NCBI GenBank assembly: GCA_965240325.2
Contig: OZ251231.1
Location: forward strand, 1,674,001 to 1,738,000
Source: Rebecca billardiae RCC1528
Lineage: Eukaryota > Protista > Haptophyta
DNA: 64,000 nucleotides
Direction of reading: 5' to 3'
This document shows, in pieces, positions 9,990-19,518 of this stretch (its first letter is position 1; each line of letters starts with the position of its first letter). A program made the position numbers and the translations under genes. The notes beneath the pieces were generated by a model, which did not search any database, had not been told where the DNA came from, and worked only from the letters and a program-made list of their open reading frames with translations.

Positions 9990-11972
9990 ATGGCGGCCGC
10001 CGTGATGCTGTGCACCGCGCTGGGGTTCCCCCGGGTGAACGCGTGGCTGAGCGCGCTGCCAGTCGAGCGCATCGAGCGGCCACACGCCAACGCGTCCACT
10101 ACGCCCGCGGCGGAAGGCGTGCACGTGCTCGCTATTGTCGAGCGCACGCCCGTCGCGCGGCGTGCGTTTGCGGCGCGCGCGTTCGCCGCATCGGCGCACG
10201 TCGAGTCGGTCGAGTTCGTCGACCCCGTGTGGCTGAACGAGCCTGTCGAGCGCGCGCGCGTGCTCGGCAGCCGCAGCTTCGCGCACCTCCACTGCGCCGA
10301 GTGGCGCGAGTCAGCGATCAGGCAAGTGGGCGCGTGGGCGGCGTGGATGCGCGCTCTCTCGCAAGCGTCCGCGCACGCGCGCCCGTCGGTGCTGGTCGAG
10401 GCGGACGTGCACTTCGTCCGTGGCGCGTTCGACGCTCACATCGCGCGGATCAACGCGCTCATGCGCGCGTGCGCCGTCGACCTCGTCTTCCTTGGCTCGT
10501 GCTTCGAGTGGCTCGGGGCGGTGGACACTTGCTGGCGCTTGGACGGCGGCGTCGCGGCGGCGGCGCCGCCTCTCAGCCTCTTCCGCCCGCGCAAGCCGCT
10601 GTTGGGCGCGCACGGGCTTCTGGTCGGGCCGAAGGGGGCGTCGCGCCTCGCGCATGTGACGGGCCGGTACCTCGAGCTGTACCACGCCACGCTGAGCAGC
10701 CCCAACTTCACCCAGCCCGATCCGTCCAACTGCTCTGCCGCTTACCGCGCGGAGACTATGGCAGCGGGCGCGCTGGTGCCGCCGGTCGGAGACCCGGCGT
10801 ACGCGCCGTCGTGGCTGCGCGTGTCCACAGGGAAGGATAGCCTGGTGATGGACGCGGTGTACACCGAGCGGCTGGCGGCGCTGCACGCGTGGCCGCAGCT
10901 CACGCTGCAGGCCGTGGGCACGCGCCTCTCCGAGCCGAGCCACAACTACACTGCGCCGCCGCGCAAGTGCCAGCGGGGCCGCGCCAAGAAGCCCAAGCCG
11001 CGGCCGCAGCCCGGCCGCTGCCCGCTCGGCGGAGTAGTGGGCAGCAAGTGGACGGCGCGCAAGGCGCGGCGGGCCCGGCACGACGGGCAGGGCGAGCAGA
11101 CCAAAGACGCCGCGCCCGACGCGTGGACGCCGCCGCCGCCGCTCGACGCCGCCGAGCTCGAGGCCGCGCTCGAGGCCGCGCGCGCCGCTCCACTCGTGCC
11201 GCGCATGCGGTTGGACGACCTGCGCACGTTTGTGCTGCTCGTGCGGCAGTGGCTGGACCACCCGGGCGCGGTGTTCGTCGAGTGGGGCTCGGGCGGCAGC
11301 ACGCACCTCGTGCTCAGCTCGACGCCCGCGAGCGTGTACTCTGTCGACTCTGTCGGCGCGTGGCTCGAGCGCGTCTCCGCCTCGCTGCCGCTGCCGCTGC
11401 TGCCGCGCTACAACCCGATCGAGGCGAGCATCGGACCGACCGCCGACTGGGGCCGGCCGGCCGAGCTGCCCGTGCCGACGGCGCTGGCGCGCGGGTACGT
11501 GGGCGCGCTCGGGGCGCGGCTGCGCGAGGCGGACGTCGTCTTCATCGACGGCCGCTTCCGCGTGCGCTGCGCGCTCGAGACATTCTCGCACGCGCGGCGC
11601 GGCGCGGTCGTCGCCGTGCACGACTTCTTCGGCCGGCCGCAGTACAACCTGATCTACTCACTTTTCCATCGGCTGGTGCCGGGCACGGACGAGCGCGGGC
11701 GCGTGGGGCTGCGCGTGCTGGGCGAGGACGAGACGACGCCCAGCCACGGCGACCTCGCCGTCTTCGTCCACCTCAACGACACGCTCGCGCTGAGCGAGGC
11801 GGGCATGGCCGCGGGCGAGGCCGAGCTCGCGCCGCTCAAGGCCCTCTTCCTGCGCGACTATATGATGCGCACGCGGCGGCGGACGCGGCGGGGACGGCGG
11901 CGGCGGGCGCGCCGGCTCCTGCGCGCGCGCCGCCGGGCGTCATCCGCGGACAGTAGTCGTATTAATGGCTAG
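9990..11972 (+). CDS. GT25-like glycosyltransferase / class I SAM methyltransferase fusion protein, copy 2
   Basis: Start MAAAVMLCTALG; motifs VLVEADVHF, DLVFLGSC, GAHGLLVGPKGASRL, EWGSGGST, IGPTADWGRP, FIDGRFRVRCAL, VHDFFGRPQY; Arg-rich tail. Inverted paralogue of 419-2467. Confidence 0.75.
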   Translation: MAAAVMLCTALGFPRVNAWLSALPVERIERPHANASTTPAAEGVHVLAIVERTPVARRAFAARAFAASAHVESVEFVDPVWLNEPVERARVLGSRSFAHLHCAEWRESAIRQVGAWAAWMRALSQASAHARPSVLVEADVHFVRGAFDAHIARINALMRACAVDLVFLGSCFEWLGAVDTCWRLDGGVAAAAPPLSLFRPRKPLLGAHGLLVGPKGASRLAHVTGRYLELYHATLSSPNFTQPDPSNCSAAYRAETMAAGALVPPVGDPAYAPSWLRVSTGKDSLVMDAVYTERLAALHAWPQLTLQAVGTRLSEPSHNYTAPPRKCQRGRAKKPKPRPQPGRCPLGGVVGSKWTARKARRARHDGQGEQTKDAAPDAWTPPPPLDAAELEAALEAARAAPLVPRMRLDDLRTFVLLVRQWLDHPGAVFVEWGSGGSTHLVLSSTPASVYSVDSVGAWLERVSASLPLPLLPRYNPIEASIGPTADWGRPAELPVPTALARGYVGALGARLREADVVFIDGRFRVRCALETFSHARRGAVVAVHDFFGRPQYNLIYSLFHRLVPGTDERGRVGLRVLGEDETTPSHGDLAVFVHLNDTLALSEAGMAAGEAELAPLKALFLRDYMMRTRRRTRRGRRRRARRLLRARRRASSADSSRING

Positions 11973-12225
11973 TGTGCGCTGGACCGCCTGGCTAGTGGCT
12001 GTCAAGTGTCAGGCGGCTGTCGTCGTCTCGTCATCAATCTTATTGGCTCAGCCTCATCAGCAGGCGCTACTATTAGCGCTGTCTCGTCTGGGCAGTCAGC
12101 ATTAGATAGTCATTAGTGATTAGAGCAGTCATCTTTATCTTACTCAGCATCAGTAGTCGTCGTCGTCAGCGTCACTACTCTTAGCGCAGTGAGTAGTCCC
12201 CGCGTATCTCTTTGTTGGCCGCGGG

Positions 12226-13598
12226 GAAGATACGCTAGCGGGTGAAAATCCCATTTTCTGGCCTGTCCGGGCGGAAAATCCGGCTGCTCAGATCTGACCG
12301 GACCGGGACCCGGACAGCACAGTATCTAGGGACCAGACACTTTTACATATCTTCGTTCTCTTCGGATTTGAGCATGGGGCGGCGCCCCATTTGCACAGTC
12401 AAAAGACCGCGGGTGTAAAAGCAACCGTTGTCGAGTTCGATGTAGCGGCTGGGCGAATTAGTGAATTAAAACAACAATTCACGAGACACTTGCGCCCACG
12501 GCCGCGATGGCGTGCGCCGTCCACCCACGACGGAGTCGTGGACGGACATCGCTACACAGCCTACGCGACAGGCGTTGTCGTGATCGAGGTGCCCGTGCCC
12601 GTTGTCGATAGCCAAACGATTGGCACGACGACCTGGCACCACATCCGCGTCAAAGCGCGGCGAGGCCGTGGTCCAGCGCGTGTGCGGCAAGCTGGCCGAT
12701 GTGCGGACGGCGTCGGGTGGCGCTGGCGCAGGGGCTCCTGCCGATGCTACCTGGCGGCTGCTGCGGAGCCTGCTGCCGTGGTCGAGCCTGATGCAGAGGG
12801 TGAGTCAACCGCGGAGCAGCTCAACGCTTCCGAGATCGAGCTGCGCGCGGTCGGACCAGATGACGGCCCGCGGCCGTCCAAGCGCACACGCAAGGACGCC
12901 TGAGCAGACGCGTTCAGTCCGAGCAAAGCCTGGTCGGCGTACGAGCGCGAGCCAGCTCAGACACGGCACGAGCGCACGCGTGACGGCTCGTACGATGAGC
13001 TCGTCGGCTTGGTCACCGGGCTGCCGTCGCTCGTCGCCTCGCTTGTCACGTCACACTCAGCTGAGCAGAGACATCACTCCCGCCGTTCAGCTGATCGACG
13101 AGGACGAGGCGGCCAAGACGGCGGCGGCTCAAACGCCTGGAGGAGGAGCGCAGGAGGAGGAGGAGCTCCCAGCGCTGAGCCTGTGGGGCCGCGCCGAGGC
13201 CAGGCACCGCGGCCAGCGGCTGCAGTAGCGGGTGGCGGCCGGACAGCAGCTCGGCGGCACACGCTCACTCATACGTCGATCCTCTTGCTCGAGAGTCGAG
13301 GCGGCGGGCAAGGTGCAGGCCGCACGCGAGCTTGCTGAGCGCGCGCAGGCCGAGCCGCAGCTGAGCCCCGAGGGTGCTCGGGACGCCGCGTGCGCAAGCA
13401 GGCCGCCTGGCGCAGCAAATGGTGCTTCGCATAATAACTACGCTGATACCGACCCGGAAAATTTTCTTCGCACTGCGTGCGCTTTCATTTTCCCCTTTCT
13501 TATTTTATTCCGCCTTATTCGCGTATTAAATGCCGCTTTTCCGCCTCCCCAGTGCAGAAGTGCGCCAGAAAATGGGAACTCCACCCTAGCGTATCTTC
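12226..13598. mobile_element. Putative non-autonomous TIR element (about 1.37 kb)
   Basis: Left end GAAGATACGCTAGCGGGTGAAAATCCCATTTTCTGGC; right end reverse complement GAAGATACGCTAGGGTGGAGTTCCCATTTTCTGGC; both are followed internally by GGCGGAAAA. No clear TSD, no recognisable transposase. Confidence 0.6.
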
Positions 13599-14369
13599 GA
13601 TGGCGCCCCGGCGCGCGTGGGCTCTGACGGCGCGTAGGGGGCGCGCGCGAGGGCGGCCGCGGGCGCGATTGATGCCTGGGACCTCAACGACAACTCACAT
13701 GACGAGACCTTCTCTTCTGATGCCGACGACGGCCCTCCAGAGGCGACCGCGCTCGACGACGGTCGTGATTTGGATGACTGCGGCGCTGCGCGGCGTGAGG
13801 CGGAGGAAAGCGGCGCGGCGCAGGGCTTCGAGCGGGCTGTGGCGATGGAGCAACTTATCATCGTCAACGTAATCGCCCCGAGTGCCACCGCGCTGCCCCA
13901 CGCCACGCCAATTGCGCCAGTGCAAGCTACGTGCCGCCGCTGCGGCACGAGCCGTGGGCGTGGCCAGCAGCGCGGTGGCCGCGGTGCCTGAGCAGGGCGT
14001 TGCAGGTGCGACCAGCGCGCCGCTGCCACCGCGCGCTCGCCAACGGTAGGATGATGATGATGATGACGATAAAGTCGCTCGCTGATCGAAGAGATCGACG
14101 CCATCAATACGCGCTCGCTGCCGTGTGCGGATAGTGCAAGTACCCGCTCTGATTATCGATCGATTGCAGCGATGCGAACGTGAGGGCGGTGGCGGTAGAG
14201 CCAAGCACCCCACCCCCCTCCAGCACGGGCCGAGGCGCACGCTCACCACGACCGCCCAGACTGCATCGAGTCTCGCGAGCGTGGCCGCGCCCTCGGCAGC
14301 CTCGAGTCGATCATCGCGCAGATCCCGCACCCGTTCACGCCGTCGAGCGCGAGGCGTGCCACACGGAAT

Positions 14370-14640
14370 CCTGGGTCCCAGAGCGTCAGCCTTGGACTGC
14401 GTGCGAGCTCATGGCGACGGCCTACTCGGCTTACCATGAGGACTTCTGTGCTCTCGTCCGCAACGAGACGCTCGCCAGGCTCGCCGCGCACGCGCTGAGC
14501 TCGGGCTGAGCTCGGGCGTGGCCGTGAGCGAGGCGGGGGTCGACGTGGGCCCGTGGATCCGCAAGCGGATGGACGAGTCGCCCCGCGCCTCGCTGCGCGA
14601 GCTGCTCGACAAGCCGCCCCTGCGCGCTCTGCGGCAGCTC
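14370..14640 (+). pseudogene. Frameshifted coding-like fragment of unknown family
   Basis: Protein-like reading (WTACELMATAYSAYHEDFCALVRNETLARL../..GPWIRKRMDESPRASLRELLDKPPL) is broken by an 11-bp tandem duplication TGAGCTCGGGC near 14496-14517 and stops abruptly at a low-GC block at 14641. Confidence 0.4.
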
Positions 14641-14753
14641 TACTTCCCTAACCCTCTTACCCCTATATTAGTAAACTCATTCATCCAAGGGCATTCATCT
14701 ATGATTTTACCAGCTCCTACCCACAATCTGATCGCGTTTAGCGGACGACGAGG

Positions 14754-16921
14754 ATGGCAAGCAACCAGTTGCCTGCGCCCGCGCCGTCTCTGGAGCAGGA
14801 CACGGGCGACGTGTCACGCGTCGCGGCCCAGCTGGCCAGCGCACAGGTCGAGGACAGCGCAGACAAGCCGCCCGTCACCGACTCGCGGCGATGGCAGCCC
14901 GTGCAGTTCCTCTCGCGCTCACCCGGCTCGCGAGTCTTCCCATCCGCGGTCGTGCACAACAACTTGCTGTACGTGTTCGGCGGGCACGACGGCACGGTTT
15001 ACCGCAATGACCTGCTCGTCTTCAACTTTGAGACGCGCTGCTGGGTCACCCAGCTCGAGACATTGGGCGACGCGCCCAGCCCGCGCGACGCGCACGCCGC
15101 TGTCGTGCACGTGCGCGCTCGCGCCGCGATCGCCATCCCGCCTGCGACGCATCGCTCCGAGTCGCACGGGCTGCCTCTCACCCCGCGCGCCCGAACGCCT
15201 CGGCGCGCCCCCGCAGGCCGGCTGGATGTGCGTCTTCGGCGGCTACGACTCGAAGCGCTACCTCAACGACTTCCACCGGTACCACTTTGAATCCTCGACG
15301 TGGAAGCCGATCACGGCCGCGGCGGGCACGCCCCCGGGGCCGCGCGGCGGGCACACGTCGGTGATGCACCGCGACTCGATGTACATCTTCGGCGGGTGCG
15401 ATGGGTGGAACTACTTCAACGACACATACCGCTTCTCCTTCGAGAGCAACCAGTGGAGCCCCGTGCGCATCACCGGCACCACCCCAGGCGCGCGCTCGGC
15501 GCCCGCCACCGTCGTGCACGCGGGCCGAGGCTGCATGTACGTCTTCGGCGGGTATGACGGGGCTCGCTCGCTCAACGACCTGTTCGAGTTCAACTTTGGT
15601 GCGCGCGCGCGCGCGTGCGCGGCGCCGCCCAGATCGCCGGCGGCGACGCCGCCATTCGCCCCGCGCCGCGCGCGCGCACCCGCGGGCGCGCGTGCCGCAC
15701 TGAGCGGGCGCGCCCTGGCGGTGGCGCCGCCGTCCGCCCTCCGCAGAGACGTGCACCTGGTCGCACCTGCGCACGAGCGGCACGCCGCCGTCGCCGCGCG
15801 GCGGGCACACCGCCGTGGTGTACGGCGACTCGATGTACTCCTTCGGCGGCAAGTCGGGCCGCTCGCCCTTCAACGACCTCTGCTGCCTCGAGCTCGAGTC
15901 GGCGGTGTGGACGCCTGTGCAGATCCAGACGACCTCGCCCGCGCCGCGGTGCGCGCACGTGTGCGTCGTGCACAGCTCGTCGCTGTACATCTTCGGCGGG
16001 TACGACGGGCGGCGGTACTTCGACGACTGCTTCGAGTTCGCCATCGAGGTGCCCTTCGCCACCGCCATCTTCAGCCTCGCCGGCGACCTCGAGCAGATGG
16101 TCAACAACGAGCAGTTCGCCGACATCCGCTTCAGCGTCGACGGGCAGACCGTGTTTGCGCACAAGACGATCCTCTTCGCGCGCTCCGAGTACTTCCGGTG
16201 CGGCGCGCGCGGCGCGCGCGGCGTGCGCGCGCGCGCGCGCGCGCGCAGGGCGCGCAGGCTCGCCGACCGCGCCCGCCTGTGCGCGCGCGCCCCGCCCGCC
16301 CCACCCTCCGCCACCCCGCCGCGCACGCGCGCCAGCCGCATGCTCACGGGCGGGTACCGCGAGGCGGCGGACGAGACGATCGAGATCCACGACGTGCCGC
16401 ACGACGTCTTCCTGAGCGTCCTCGCCTTTCTGTACACGGGGCGGCTGCCGCGGGAGCTGCAGCCGCAGACCGCGGTCGACCTGCTCGCCGTGGCCAACCT
16501 GTACGGCATCGACCCGCTCAAGCGCATCTGCGCCGACGTCGTCGGACGGAACCTGCATGTCGACAACGCGGCCGCGGTGCTCGAGGCCGCAGACGCTTAC
16601 GGCTCCGCCTCGCTCCGAGCCACGTGCACAGAGTTCATCGTGAATCACTTCAGCGAGGTGGTGCGCTCGGACGCTTTCCGCGACCTGATCCGAGCGGAGA
16701 CGCGCGACCTGGTGATGCGCGTGCTGCTCGAGGCGGCAGATCGTGGCGTGGTGGGCGACGGCGCGGCGCCCGCTGCGCCCGCAGGCGGCGCGCGCGCGAG
16801 CGCTGCGGGCAGCGCTGGCGGCACCGCCGGCGGCGCGGCGACGCCGAGCGCTGCACGCGGCGCGGCTGGCGGCGCAGCTGGCGGCAGCGCTGCGCCCAAC
16901 CGCCGGTACACGAACCAATGA
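14754..16921 (+). CDS. Kelch-repeat + BTB/POZ protein (LZTR1-like Cullin3 adaptor)
   Basis: Exons 14754-15110, 15217-15598, 15747-16197, 16336-16921; GT-AG introns restore the frame. Six Kelch repeats (LYVFGGHDG, CVFGGYD, MYIFGGCDG, MYVFGGYDG, MYSFGGKSG, LYIFGGYDG), then BTB (FADIRFSVDGQTVFAHKTILFARSEYFRRML..FLYTG). Confidence 0.92.
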
Positions 16922-17339
16922 GCCCCCTCGCTACAGCCAGGACTCTGCGGACAGCGGAGGCACGTCCGGGCCGGCAATCGGCATGCGAGGCAACAGTCTC
17001 ATTGCATGGCGGGTTCGGCCGCCTCCGGCTCCGGCTGGCCGGCCCCCCGCGGACACTCTCGTCAGTGTCACATTTTCAGCCACAGAGTGACGACGGAAGG
17101 CATGCTTTTCATCGATCATGTGCAGTAGATGAATACACGACGAGTACGTATTATTGTCATGCAGAGCCAGATGAGTACGGCCGACCGTACGACGTCGACG
17201 GCCCGTGACACGGCCTACGGAGTACGGCCCTACGCGGCCTACGCCTACGGCTACGACGCCTACGAGTACGACGGGCGCTAGTGCGCTACGGCTGTCGGCT
17301 ACTGACGGGCGTGACACGGCGCCGGTCCGGTACTCTATA

Positions 17340-17482
<143 letters not shown>

Positions 17483-18287
17483 CCATAATATATACGGATC
17501 ATGATCGCCGGGATTGCGGCGGGACTCGGACCGAGCGCCGTAATCACGACGACAGCGGAGTAATGGTGTTATCATCCGCGGGCGCTGGCGAGGCGTTCTG
17601 CGGTCCGTGCGCACGAGTCAAGTCACTCGGAGTCCGGCACGGCCCACGGGGTAGTCCGAGTCACCAAGACATCACTGATACGCAAGGGCGTTCCCGGGAT
17701 CCTGCCACACGCTCCCGAAAAGCAAAGCCTTTTTCCGTATTCAATGTACCCGCTTCAAATGGACGAAGCCCGTTCCAATAGGAAGACGGTTCAATTTGGC
17801 GTATGACCGATGCGGGGAACGCCCCTGATCAGACTGTTAGCATCACGACCACCGCCTTCGTCTAGTGGCCCTGTAACGGCAACGGCCGGCGGGTCGCTCT
17901 GCGACTGCGAGGGGTGCTCGACCGATACGGGAGATTAGATGCACCTGATCAGAATGGCGACCGAGTTAGAGGTGTAGGCGGGCCGCGGTTCGAGACCACA
18001 TCTCGCGAGAGGCGTGGTCTCTGGGCAGACCAAAGCGCGGGCGCGCGGCGAAAGTATGATGGGAAGGCTCAAAACAGTCAAAAGGCCGCGACGAATTCTA
18101 CAGTACGGTCCTGTTCCGGTGTGAGGAGGTCAAACCGACGAGGGCTTGCGGAGCCAACGCGGGTTCGAAAGCCGAGCGCTGGCGCGATCAGCTTTCGTCT
18201 CGGTCGGCCGGGTGTCGTCGGGTGAAGCGCCAGCGAGGACGCGATCGGCCAAAGCCTCAACATCGGTTCCGAGACGCGACGGGGGAG

Positions 18288-19104
18288 ATGCCATCGCCAA
18301 TCGTCTTCTCCTTCGTGCTCCTCGCATCCGTGGCACACCGTGGCGACAGGCCCCGACGTGCCGAGCGCGCGGATCGCCACTCACGTCGCCAGTCTCCGAG
18401 TCCTAGCCCCTCTCCAAGTCCATCTGTGCAGCAGCTCGCCTCTTCGCGCCGGCAGAGCTCAAACCCCGCACACGACGAGCTGATGGCGGGGATTCGGCGT
18501 CCGCTCGCCAACCACGATGTCGTCGAAGGCTGCTTCCCGCGAGGCCATGACATCAGGACCCGGCGCAACCCGCTGCGCAGGTGGCCGGATGACAACGTGC
18601 AGCTCTGTGGGCAGAACCACCGCTGCAAGGGCTTCCAGATCTATGTGCTCCCGAACTCGACCGCACAGGATGTCTGGATCGAGGTGCGTGCAACATTCCG
18701 CGCGCGAGAGCACGCGCGAGAGCGAATCTGCCACCCACTCGACCTGACCGCTTTCCCCGCCTGCACGCTCGTCGCCCTCATCGCCTCTGCAGTACAAGGG
18801 CGGTTGCCAGCTCCTGCCGCGCTCCCTGTGCGCGGACCCGCAAAACCAGCCGGCGGGCGGCGTGTGGTACGCGTTCCGTGCGACTCGACGCTGCCCGCCC
18901 TTGCCCGCTGCCTTCGACGCGAACCGCGTCCGCAGCCGGCTGGCAATCGACTCACCGGCGCAAGCGGAGCCACTGGTCACCCACTCCGGCGCATACGTCG
19001 GCACCGCGTCGGCTGCGCTCGCGGCCACGGTGCTCGTGCTCATGCTCCTCGGCGGCGTGCTCAAGCTCGTGGTGGCGCTGAAGCGTCGCAGGGCGGCGGG
19101 CTGA
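18288..19104 (+). CDS. Small type I membrane protein with a Cys-containing (PAN/apple-like?) ectodomain
   Basis: Exons 18288-18683 and 18793-19104 (intron GTGCGT..CTGCAG, frame preserved). Signal-like MPSPIVFSFVLLASVA, SP-rich linker, GCFPRGHDI..LCGQNHRCKGF..GGCQL, then a C-terminal TM helix followed by KRRR. Confidence 0.6.
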
Positions 19105-19518
19105 GTGCTCGCGCATCAATCATCAGTCACAGACTCACAGCCTTGTTACCAGTCGTCGTCGAGTCGTCGACGCTGGTGTCTGTAGTCGTGAGTGGCGCCG
19201 ACATTCGCCAGTCGGACTCCGACAAAGTAGTCAGTACTCAGTCGAGATCATCGACATCGTCTAGACTGGACGATCGTATGAATTCGTCACTTCGACATCG
19301 TCTAGACCGCGCGACTGGACCGAGTGAGTAGTGAGTGGACGATCGTCAATGACGTCAATTCAACAGACAATTCGTTCATCATCGACTTCATCGTCATCAG
19401 CGGCTTATTCGATTATTCGAATATTCGATCCGATCATACTGATGCTATACACATGCACATCATATATATATCATTATTCGTCATTCGACATTCGTCATGA
19501 TTTTCATCATCGACATCG

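Noticed and set aside
14645-14665. CCCTAACCCT telomere-like motif
   Set aside because: Fewer than two full units; expected by chance.
14518-17208. 896-aa ORF spanning the Kelch-BTB locus
   Set aside because: Only 15217-15598 is coding in this frame; the rest is off-frame or intron.
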